A DNA stretch of 64,000 bases, from the NCBI GenBank assembly GCA_964106915.2, contig OZ066929.1; one strand, written 5' to 3'. Each line of letters starts with the position of its first letter. The stretch's first letter is position 1. The notes below the pieces were generated by a model, which ran no database searches, was not told where the DNA came from, and saw only the letters and a program-made list of their open reading frames with translations. Below are positions 34,431-46,100 of the stretch, one piece after another. Origin of the DNA: Podarcis gaigeae (lineage: Eukaryota). The position numbers and the translations under genes were made by a program.

Positions 34431-37054
34431 CAGTGGTAGTCTTGTAAGCATTGCCGATACATATTCAGTAGCTTGGACATTCTTCCTAGGCAGCCCCCCC
34501 CCCCCCAATTCTTGGATGTTATCAACTGCAGATGTGGCCATGTAATTACTCAAGAGGAGATGCACACTAGTAAACCAATCAAAGCTGATGAGAAGTGTTT
34601 CCTACCACTTGGGTGTCAACACCAGGACTAGATTTAATGGCAGATTTAACTGTGAACCAGTTTGGTATGGAGAAGTGTGACCCCTAGGCCACAAGACTCT
34701 TTGGCACAGTGAAAGGGTGGAACACCTGCTTTGCCACATCTTGTTCTGTGTTGACAGAGCATACCTGACTACCAAACAATTTTCGGGGTGAATCTCTCTC
34801 ACACACAAAAATGATGTCATGATCCAATGACACAAATACGATGCTTATCTTAAATTCGCACAGCAAAGAACAAAGGAAGTGGATGGCCAGGATGCTTAAA
34901 AGAGGAGAAAATGAAATTCCACTGAGGAAGCTGCCTTATACCACTGGTCCATCTAGCTTAGTACTGTTTACACTGCCCGGGTTTCAGACTCTCCCAGCCC
35001 TACCTGCCGATTGAACCAGCAGCCTTCTGCATGCAAGGCAGGTGCTCTGAGCTATGGCCCTTCCTGAAGAGAGTCTTTTCCCAGGGTGCGACAGAGCTCT
35101 CAAACAGAAAGATTAAAACAAAAAATATGTCCGTCACAGCAATGACCCCAGACAGTATCTCGAGGGTGTTTACCGGAAAGACAATAAAAAACCGCTCTCA
35201 ATATATCTTCACGCATGTAACAAAGTGACATACAGAAAAGCACCTGCCACCACTGGCTCCCAAGGATGTTCCTGCCCCAGCTAGAATGCCAAGGCTCAAG
35301 CGAAGAGTCAGCCTTTGCCAGACAGGGCACCCTTTTTGTGGGCCAATTTACATAAGAATCCTGCTGTCCATCTGCCACAATTTAACTTTAAATCCATTAG
35401 GCAGTGGCTGAAGCTCACCTGCTAACAGGCACGGGGAAATCTGCCCCATTCAAAAACCTCCCATACTTACACTTGGTCTGGGTCTAGAAGAGAGCAAGAT
35501 GGCCACCTTCTCGGAAACAGAAACTGCATTGGGAGAAATGGAAACTAGTCCCGATGCAACAGGAGTAATTCAGACAAGACAAAGTGAAAGTGCTTGTACA
35601 TAAGGATTTTGGTGGGTGCCTCTGCCTTATCTCAGAGCTCAGAGGCTGCCCACCATGACAACACCCACCACTAATTATTTCAGCCCAGGTTTCTCCTGTT
35701 CTCTTGGCAGTTTGGTACCTTTTCTCCATGGAAAACCTTTGAGTCACAGGAGCAGCTGACAAGTGCCCAGAGGGCAGGTGCATCCATATTCCTCTCCCTC
35801 CCTTGTGAGTGCAAAGGATGGGCATGAGCAGCAAAGGGAATCCCTGCAGCGGCCAAGTCATATCCACACACAACATGCTGCCCACAGCAGCCTCCACATC
35901 ACTTGCATGCAGAGGAGAACTAGCCGGCTTTGCTTTATGAGCTTGGGGGCTGCAGAGAGTGCAGCACAGCAGCCCATCCTGACAGGGGCCTTGAGTGCTG
36001 AGTGGAGCCAGAAACTGCAGAAAAATGGGCTGAAGGAGACAGGCCAGTTCCACAGAAATTGTGCAAAGGTGCAGGAAATCCGCATCCCGATGAGGACTGG
36101 CCCCAGGAAGGTGCCAGCAAGGCTGTCTTACTGTGGAGCTTGATCCAGAAGGGGAAGGGGGAGATAAGACCTGCCCCTGTTCTTTCCTGACCTTTGGCCA
36201 TGCTGGCTGTGGCTGATGGGAGTTGGGGGACCAACAACATCTGGATGGCACCACATTGGCTTCCCTTGTTGTACAGCTCAAAATAACCCCAGGTGGAATC
36301 ACCAGCATGGCTGGGGTTTTTTATGCAACAGGCCATCAAGAACTCCCACATTCCAAGCAAAAGTCAGCTGGTTGGTTGGTTGGTTGGTTGGATGGATAGA
36401 TGTAGATTTACCTCCAGAATTTCAAGCACTGAAATCTTGGAGATTAAAACTACCACAGGAAGTGGGGCAGCTGGAAGTAAAGATAACAGAAGCCATGAGC
36501 TGCTCACGTCCCTCCCTCTTCACTGCTCTGTCATGACTGCTCATTTCCAACCAACCAAAATGTCACAACTGATGGCATACTCTCTTCATCTATGATATAA
36601 AGTGTATTTCAGCTCCCAAGTAAATTCTAAGTGCATTTCATAAAAATAGGGAGCTGAATCCTGGAATGCTGGTTTTTTAAAAACAGGACCAACCGTTGAC
36701 TACTTAATATTGCAGTGTATTGCCTGGGTCCTAAAATAACCCCTGGGAAAAGGAAGCAGCAGCAGGCCTCAGGAATAAGTGCCCCCTGCCCTGCGCTAGG
36801 CCACTGGAAGGTGGGTCCTCTTGGGAAAGCTACAATTAGTCAAGGTTCTTTAGTTGCTGAAGGCAGGCACAGCCTTGTTCCAGCTTCCTGGGACAGCAAT
36901 AGAACTATTTATTTCCTAGGAAATGATGCTCTGGGCTGCTCAAACTCACATGCCCATCTGTGTTTCTAGCCTTCTTGAGAGAGAGGCCTGTTTCTAAGGC
37001 AGAGGAAGGAGGTTCCCTCCTCACAGACCCCGCTGCAGGGGCACGTGGCACAGT

Positions 37055-37156
37055 TCAAAAGTCACACAGTGGTTTCTCATCACAGAGCTGCTCCGGCATC
37101 CTGCTGACTCCGTCCCAGGCCAGGTCCTTCTCTGCTAACATTCTCCTTGGCTGAAT
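37055..37156 (-). CDS. INPP5K: INPP5K exon 12 ([33 protein letters not shown])
   Basis: Acceptor CTCTCCTTTCAG; TGA stop at 37055-37057. Confidence 0.8.
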   Translation of the reverse strand: MQPRRMLAEKDLAWDGVSRMPEQLCDEKPLCDF

Positions 37157-40100
37157 CTGAAAGGAGAGATCAGTCTTTGTTTTTTATTATTTATTACAGT
37201 TCTCTCCCACTTTTCCTCCAAGGAGCTCAGGGCTGCATATACGGTTCTCTTCCCCTCTCTATTTTGTCCTCACAACAACCCTGTGAGGTAGGCTAGGTAA
37301 TCCAGAGAGGAGAACCATTTCCCCAGGTGATTCCAGGAACATTGGGAAGAGCTCCCTGGGGGTTCTAGGAACCTAGGAAGCTGGCTTGTATTGAGTCAGC
37401 CCATCAGCCCCATACCTGAAAGGGCTGACTGATGCCAACCAGGGATTGCATTGTGTTGCTGTAATAACCCAGGAGAAACTCTCCTCCCGTTGCTGGAAGC
37501 TCCTCAGCACTGAGATAGACCTGGGAAAGATAAAGCAAAGGCAGTCAGCATTCAGCAAAACATCTGGAATGAAGCAGCCAGCAGTGATAACCTCTCTTCC
37601 CCCTCACCTGCTTGGCATCCTCCTCTGAGGAAATCTCGTTGTCTTGCACCCAGGCGTACATCACGTAGTCATTTGCATGCTTGAAGGTCACCTGCAAGGG
37701 GGGAGAGATGCCTTGAGCACAACTTGGTTGCCAGGGGAGTGAACACCTGTCTAATAAGTGAGAGCTTTTTGCTCTGGTTAGCTAAGGAAATGGGATGCAA
37801 ACTCTGAACTGTTTCACACTTCAGTATTGCTAAGAGTGATACAAGGTTTTAGAAATGAGGAAATAGGATGACAAAAGCAAGATTAAGCCAAGGCCACACA
37901 ATGATTTATCACAAAGTTTGTAACCTTTTCTCTAAGGAAATTATGGCAACACATAGAGGCTGAGACACAGACAGAAGAACTGGCCTAAATAATCCAAAAG
38001 ATTCCCATAACAAAGACCAAGTCTCTCGTCAGTTTCCTGGCTTTTGACAGCTTCCATCAAAATGAGAATTTTCAGGCGCAAGGAGGTTTGCCACTCACAA
38101 GCCTCCTCTTGTCTCTGAGCCTTGTCTTTGTTTCTGCAGCCTGTTCTTTCCCCCAAGGGAACCCTCCTACCCTGATACCTCGGCTTCACACAACCCACCA
38201 CCGCCTCCTTTTAGTCATTCTTGGCTGCAGGATGCCAAAAATCCTCTTGGAACTGTGGGCACTCTGGGCAGGAGGAAATCTCTGGCACTGTCAGGAGGGA
38301 CCAGGAGAACCTCTCCTTCACACGGAGAAAATGGCACAGTTTTTCTCATGCCCACAGCACACCTTACCCTCAAAGGAGCAGAGGAAATGGAAGCCAGGCC
38401 ATTGGTATGTTGGCTGTGTGCTGTCTACAACAGGCATCTCCAACCTGCGGCCCTCCAGATGTTTTGGCCTACAACTCCCATGATCCCTAGCTAACAGGAC
38501 CAGTGGTCAGAGATGATGGGAATTGTAGTCCAAATCATCTGGAGGGCCAAAGGTTGGGGATGCCTGGTCTACACTGCAATAGATCTCCAGGGTTTCAGGC
38601 AGGGGTCTTTCCCAGTTCAAGAGGCCAGGAGTTCAACTAAGGACTCTTCTGCATGTCTCTGCTGTTGAGCTACTATCCTGCCCCCCTCAGTACACATCTG
38701 TGGCAATGTCACCTTGTAGAGACCAATCCAATCCCAGGCACTGCTTGGAAATTCAGGAGCTGTGGAGTAGCGGACGGTGGCATCTTGCTCAGCATCCCAG
38801 TTGCCCACAGGATGCAGCCTGACCAGTGGGACAGGGGGCAGAGGCTTCATCTGGAAGAAAGGAAAGAAGTTGTATCCCATTGCCACCCATTCAGCAGCAG
38901 TCAAAAGCCGCTCTTCAGGCTCCCAGCTCTGAAAATGTTAATAATCCTCAAGTGCTGCCACTTAAAGGTAAAGGGACCTCTGACCATTAGGTCCAGCTGT
39001 GGCCGACTCTGGGGTTGCGGCGCTCATCTCGCTTTATTGGCCGAGGGAGCCGGTGTACAGCTTCTGGGTCATGTGGCCAGCATGACTAAGCCGCTTCTGG
39101 CGAACCAGAGCAGCGCACGGAAATGCCATTTACCTTCCCACCGGAGCGGTACCTATTTATCTACTTGCACTTGGCGTGCTTTTGAACTGCTAGGTTGGCA
39201 GGAGCAGGGTCCGAGCAATGGGAGCTCACCCCGTCACGGGGATTCGAACCGCGACCTTCTGATCGGCAAGTCCTAGGCTCTGTGGTTTAACCCACAGCGC
39301 CACCCACGTCTCGTGCTGCCACTTAAGCTATTCTAAAAAGGTTGTAGAGTGACCCTCAAAAAAAAATGTGGGGGGTGCAGCAGCTTCATAGGAGACCTTC
39401 CCAAATCAGTAGGCAGACGCAGTTACAGTTTGAAAGCACCTACACGAGAGAAGAGTTTAAACGGGCCTGGAAATCAAAGGCAGAGTCAATCCTGTTTATC
39501 TGCTTAGGGTGCAAGGGCTCTCTCTCCACCAGCCATAAGATGGTTCGTGATCTGTCATTGAGACACAGAGCAAGACTGCAAAGCGTCCATCAGAAAATGC
39601 ACCTTGGGTAGCTGGAAAGATTGTAAAGGCTTCCCAGGTCTTCTGTGGCAGGGCTTCATCGTCCAGCCATTTCTCTGATGGAAGGGACCAGAGTCCCTTT
39701 TCCTAGAGCCAGTTCTGCACTCAGGGAGAGGAGAAGATTACCTCAAGCACAAAGGTCCCGGTGACAGGTTTGTGGTCGCTGATGCCATAACTCATGTGGC
39801 TGATGTAGCTGTGCAGGGACACAGAAATGGCCTCCTCTTCTGGCATCTCTCCTGCTTCCGAGGCCAACTGCAAAAGGTGCTTCACCCTCCAGAGGATCCG
39901 GTCCGTCCATGCAGGCTTCCGCTTCTTCCCACTGCAAAAGGGGAGGCAGTGAGGACACACCAAGGAAGCAAAGCACCCATGGCAGCAGCAGAGGCATTAT
40001 GGGGACAAAGCAACCCAATGCACACACTGCCCCCCCCCCACCGCCTCCATTTTACAGCTCAATCAAACAACATCTGTACGTTAGCAGATCTAACAGAAAG

Positions 40101-43100
40101 GCAGGCGAAGGAGGAGGGAGGTTAATCAACTTCGTATCAGAAAACAACAGGAACTAGCAGCAACCAAGTGTTAACCAGGCTGCATCAGCTACATTTAGAG
40201 TGGCCCATGTGGTAAGTCGTGAAAACGTCAAGTGCTCAGGAGAGGTTTGCCCACATCGAAGTTTGTGCTACCTGCATTTCTGGCCCTGATCCTGGGTAGT
40301 TTTTCAAAAACTCTGCTGTCTCTTCAGAGTGAAATGGTCATAACCCCAGGAGACAAATACAGCCTGGGCTCCCTGGTCATTCGCAGAGGACTCAGAGCAT
40401 GAGGCTTTTAATCTCACGGTCATGGATTCGAGCCCCACTTTGGGCAAAGGATTCCTGCACTGCAGGGGGTTGGGCTAGATGGCCCTTCAGATCCCTTCCA
40501 ACTCTATAATTCTATGATAGAAAGATGTGGGAAGAAGACAGTTTGCTCGGCAGCACTAAACTCTTATTGCCACCGGAGTTATCAGTAGCTTAAGATCTGA
40601 CCTGTTCACTCCATTCCCCACCTGGGTCTCTTTGAAGGGATTAAGCTACCCAAGGGGCAGCTGAGCAACCTACGAATCCTGTTTTAAGCTGCTGACCTGA
40701 CTAAATAGCAGCCAGCAGAGCCCTTTTGTGCCTTGTAGAAGCAAGTGCAGCAGAAGCATTTCCTATCCTGACTTCTGAGGAGCCCCAGCAGGCAGGCAAG
40801 AAAGCAAACCTAGTGAGCCAACAAAATTGAATCCACAAGGGCTATCATGCTGGAGAACAGCTGCTTCCTTCATCCCCATTGATCACTGTGGGGGAAACTC
40901 TCCCTTGCACCCAGATGCAAGAGGCTCTTTTTTATTTCAGGTCCATCGTGCCAATTAGCAGGTTAGGATCAAGCCTCCAGCAGCTGGAGAGAATAGAGCA
41001 GCAACAGTTTGAAATGCTAATAGTCTAATAGTCTAAAATGCTGAAGATTTGGAAAGGAGGGCATCAAAATCTCCTTACTTAAACCAAAAGAGCGTCTTCT
41101 GCCCCCTGAAATAGAAACAGACATTAGTGCAAAAATCCCAAACACCAATTCCACTGGAGCTCTTTTGGAGGACTGGGCCAAGACACTGATGAAGCTCTCT
41201 CCTTCCCCAAACAGCCTCCCGCTTTCTTCTCAGGTGGGCTGCTTATTCACTTTCACCAGCCTGGTCATACATCCAAGATGGGTGTGTTGGGGGGGTAACC
41301 CGCATTTACCTGGTGTCATAGTCATTTGAGTACAGGTCAAACTTGTAGGTGGGTTTGAACTTCAGGGGGCCCTCCATGAATTCTTGAAGAATGGGTTCCT
41401 TCTTCTTAGCGATGTTAAGCTGCATAAATAAAAAGAAAGGAATAACAGAAACGCAAAGCAGCAACCAGGCCCAACTAAAAGAATCCTACATAGGAGAAGT
41501 TCTGCAGCCTCCTCTTCAAGGCTTCTTTCTTTCTTTCTTTCTTTCTTTCTTTCAGAAAGGAGATCCACATGAAGGTCATTTTACTCCACAGAAATCAATA
41601 TGAATGGGACAGGCAAGTTTCACAACTTCCCAGGAGGAAATTTAGAGCCAATTGTGAAATAGATACGGATCAGGAATAAGGCAAAAAATTATGGGAACAA
41701 AATGTAAATATTCACAGATCTGTTGCCAAGTGACATTTGGGGGGGGGTGAGTCATGGGTGGGTGGAATCAGCAGGAGAAATTGTAGGGTCTTCCATCAGG
41801 GGAAGCCAAAAGAGAGAAGAAAGCAGAAGATCCTGCTGGTGGCACAGGAATGAAGAGAACAGAACTTGGAGGTGGTACCTGGTCCTTTTCCCACAAAAGG
41901 CTGAATCGGCTGTTATTGATTGATTCTCGAATGAAATGCAGGCCGTAATCTTCAATCCGGAAGTTCAAGTCACCAAACCAGAAGAGAACGCTTTACAGAG
42001 AAGAAACGAGAAATAACTGCTTAAGAAAAAACAGGAGAAAGCTGCAAGGCAGACATCAGACGTAGCAGATTCATATCTCAGGAGCACATTTACTCTGTAG
42101 CTCTCCATTACCTTTCACCACTGTGCAAAGTTATCTGTCCTCTTGCTCGCTTTGGACTGCATGGTTTTTCCCCATTAGGAAGCATCACTTAGTCTTGAAA
42201 GTGACACAACGGGAGACGGGGGGCGGAGGGCGGAGTCAGACTCACTACTTACAGTGGCTCCCAAAAGAGCTGCCAGAACAATGCTCAAAATGGTCCTCCC
42301 TCTCTGGTCCAGGCACCTTACCTCCCTCCCTTCACAGAACCAGGTGCTTCAGAGCAAAAGGGAAGACTGCCAAGCTTGAGGACCTCCTCTTCTTCCAGGA
42401 ATTTTGTTCCCTTGAACGGACTTCTGTGGAGCTCTGAATAAACCCTAAACTACAAAATTCCACAACCGCTATCTCTTTTTAGGAGTTGGGCAAAAAAATA
42501 GTTTTTTCCCTGGGAATTTGGAGCATCAAGTAAGTTTGTGGCCTTCCGCTCAGCTTTTTATTAGGATAAGTTGAATTGAATCCACATTTTATTGATCAGC
42601 ATTTTAGATTGTTTTTAACGTTCATTTTTGTAAACCACTTTGAGTTGCTTTTGTGGAAACAGCAACAAATTAATCACCACCACCATCTTAATGAAATAAC
42701 CGTCTTCCGGATGCTCTCACTTTGGGTTCAGAGCTATCAGAGAGGCTCCCTAAACTAAATGGACAATGACATATGTAGCAGAGGCCAAGCCAAGCTGGAT
42801 CCTCTTTTCCTAGAAGCAAGACAGCAGCCTCGACCAGATTCAGTTGCCACTCACTCGTGATCCAGGACATTGGGAATCTTTTCGCCTTCAAACTGCTGCA
42901 TCTCCAAGATACGCTCAAAGTCATCCAACCGCTGTCCTGCATTCTCCATGTGGGCTGGCAGGTGGCAGTTCAGGAAACAGATGGTATGTCCATAGACAGA
43001 CATGCGAGTGGTGACACCCCCCTTGTTTCCCTACAAGACATAAGAAGCCAAGGGACCGACGGATCAGGTCCCCCAGATCACACAACAACAGCGCTTGAGG

Positions 43101-46100
43101 CTGTTTTGAGACTTGTTTCCATTGAACTTGTTTCCATTTACAGTTACATTTCAGAAGCAACACCTACCATTCATAAATATCAAACACAGTGCTATTTTTC
43201 TAGAAAAAGAGGTGTCAGAATTTACCAGGAATACCTCCTTTGTTCTCTTATAATAGCAACGGCACCCACCTGAGATGTGTCGGAACTGAGTTCCGGTGAA
43301 TTTCAGCTAAGAAAAGCCCTGGTCAATCCCAAAACTTGTTTGAAGGCAAGAAAGAGACTGGAATGCTCAAGACAACAGAGAAGTAAGCCACCATGGGTGT
43401 TAATTAGGTAGCCAGGAATCAGACTGTTCTTTGGGTACAGAACCGAGGAGCAAATTTGCTAGCACCAGGGATGGCAGCACTTTTTGCTCTGATGTGGTCC
43501 AATCCTGCATCATCATACAGATTAATCTCTGTAGCCCTTGACAAGTTTATAACTTCAGACAAAATGTTTTAAAACTTTGCTAAAAGGAGTAAAATTCTAT
43601 GCGTTCTTTTATTCCTCACTGAAGCCACCGCTGACAACATGCAGAAGTCAAGACTAAGTTGCAATTTGAAAAAGCCATTAAAATGTCTGGAAAACACGGT
43701 GAGCTGCTTACCCAATATCCGTAGAGACCCGTGCGAGTGAACTGGCTCTGAATGTCCCATATGAAGGGGACGTGAGGCTGCTTTGCAAAGACCAGGAGGA
43801 GGAGGCCCTGCATGCGTATGGAAGATACCTGCAAGCAGAAGAGATTTTTTTAAAAACAAACACTAGCGACCCGCCAGAAAAGGTTAGGATGCCCCAGGAA
43901 ATTCCAGGCCTGGGAAGGGAGTCCAAGCACTGCTCAGTTGGCTAAAGAAAGGCGACTGCATCTCCTCTGAGGGCCAAGGAAAGCTTCTGCTTCCTCCATT
44001 CTTGATGGAATTTGAGATAAATGGAAGACAGGCAGCATCAAGAATCTCTTTCTGCCCAGCTCTGATAAAGGCACTGGGGAGCATCTGACCAAAGCCAGTG
44101 CAATGCTCAACAGAACTCTGGCCGTGGAGTGTCTGAGGACCAAGTACAGGAAATATCCAAATTGTAGCCTTGTCTTATTTAATTTAATGCACAGCCACTG
44201 CAATTCTAGGTGGTTGGTAGGCCTTTTGGAATCGAACCAGACTAGAACATTCTTGAAATCAAAAGAACATAAGAAGGTCCTTCAGCAACTGGATCAGGCC
44301 AAAGGGGTCCTCTAGCCCACTGCCCTGCTTCCCATAGTGGCCAACCTGCTCCCCATGAGCAGGACCTGAAAACAGCATAAATACTCTCCACACTTGTAAT
44401 TCACCGTATTCAGAGGCCCTTATTGCCTCCAGACCAGTGGAGGGAGCACAGAGCCACTGTGACTACATTACTTCTTGCATCAGAGACAATTCTAGAACAC
44501 TTAATTCCAAAAGCCAGCCTTGAATGGTTTCTGCTTTGGTGAGTCCCTGGGAGGAGTGGGTAGTCACTGAGAATGCCTCCCCAACGTGCCCTTCCTATGC
44601 TGAATGCAAACTCTGGAACACTTGCAGAAGATCTAGGACTGTCTGCTGGTCAGGAAGGAGGCAGGGCCACACCCAAATGACAAGACACCTCACATGAGAG
44701 AATATTCATCAGGAGAATGTAAGCCAGAGACCACCAATAGACAAATCAACAGGATTACCTTGACATAGCGCAGAGGAGAAAGAACATTCATGAAGAAAAT
44801 ACTCCAAGGATCATCAAAGGCCATGTCGGATAGGAAATTCACAATCTTGGAGTTCACCTCCTGTAAACTGAACACTCCAGGGTTAACTCAGGTAATCTTA
44901 CACCTCATTTTGACAAAAAGTACCCAGACCTATTGGGAAACACTAAGAGCAGAAGCAGCTGCTGTCCAATAAAATGTTTGTTAATCTTTTAACCCATCGC
45001 CTGCATCCACATGAAAGCAGAGGAAGGGAGGGGGCATCACTAAACGGTGGCACAATTCTGGATACCATCTTAGCACACTGAGTACTGACTACTCAGTACT
45101 ACTCCGTGAAATCACACACCAAGAGCATTCTTTCTCGAAGTCCACACAATCCTGAATGGCTGCCCCTTTTCTTGAATGAGTTCTCTCACCTGTGCCACAT
45201 TCCCCCTATGTCCAGAGACCTGCAAAGACCTTCTGCAAAAGATCTCAAGAAGCACCATGCTCGTGAAGGCCGCCTCCTCACTTCTGCAGATGGCATGACC
45301 AGGATGATATCCCCAAGAGGAGCCCCAGCTCTAGTTCCCAAAATACCTACCCAATGACATACATGTCCATTTCCTGGTCTTGCAAGTTGAGCTGCAGCAA
45401 AGAGGTGACATCAGGAGGGGGAGAAGCTGTGCCCACGTTCCAAGTCACCAAGTGCAACCTTCAGAGACAGACAAAAGGCAGCGCAGCTGAAGTACAAACA
45501 GGTGGGGACAGGCTACCTCGTCATCCCATTCACCTCTCCCCTCCTCGTGCCTTATTATCTGTAATCCTGCCCTAAAAACACCAAAGCCCCGCTGGAGAGA
45601 GCCTGTCTGCCTGGGAAGGGCACCTGATCCCTAGAAGCTTCTGCTTCTGCATCTTCCCACAGATCAGAAAAGCCTCGTCGATGGTGCGTGAGACTTCCTC
45701 GTGGATCTCGTCATCGGAGCTGACGTCCTCCACGCAAGCCATGAGCTGTGCCACTCGCTGCCGCAGCTGCAGCCGCCCGCTGGAGCCCGTGCTGCTCACA
45801 CTGGCCGAGCGGCTGCGCAAGGCAGAGGGGGTGCCCTCCAGGTCCAGCAAGGAGACGGAGAGCAAGTCCTGAAGCGGCTCTTCAGGCTGCAAAGATGCCA
45901 TGGGGCCAGCAGGAGAGGGGCATGCCCCACTCCTCACCCAAGGCGCCCCCCAGCCAGAGAAGTGTCAATGTAGGCAGAATTAAGCCTTGCTTCTGGCACA
46001 AGCTAAGCAAGGAAGCCGTCAACCGCACCAGAAGGCAACTCTGAGGCAGGCAGGAAGGGAGGTCCTCTTCCTCTCCTTGCAAGCACTCAAGGTGCACCCC

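Noticed and set aside
37055-37069. INPP5K C-terminal LCDF as a CaaX prenylation signal
   Set aside because: Cys is third from the end, not fourth
40394-40440. tRNA-Lys-like sequence
   Set aside because: Lacks an intact 5' acceptor and D arm and runs into a CR1-like tail, so it is a SINE head, not a tRNA gene
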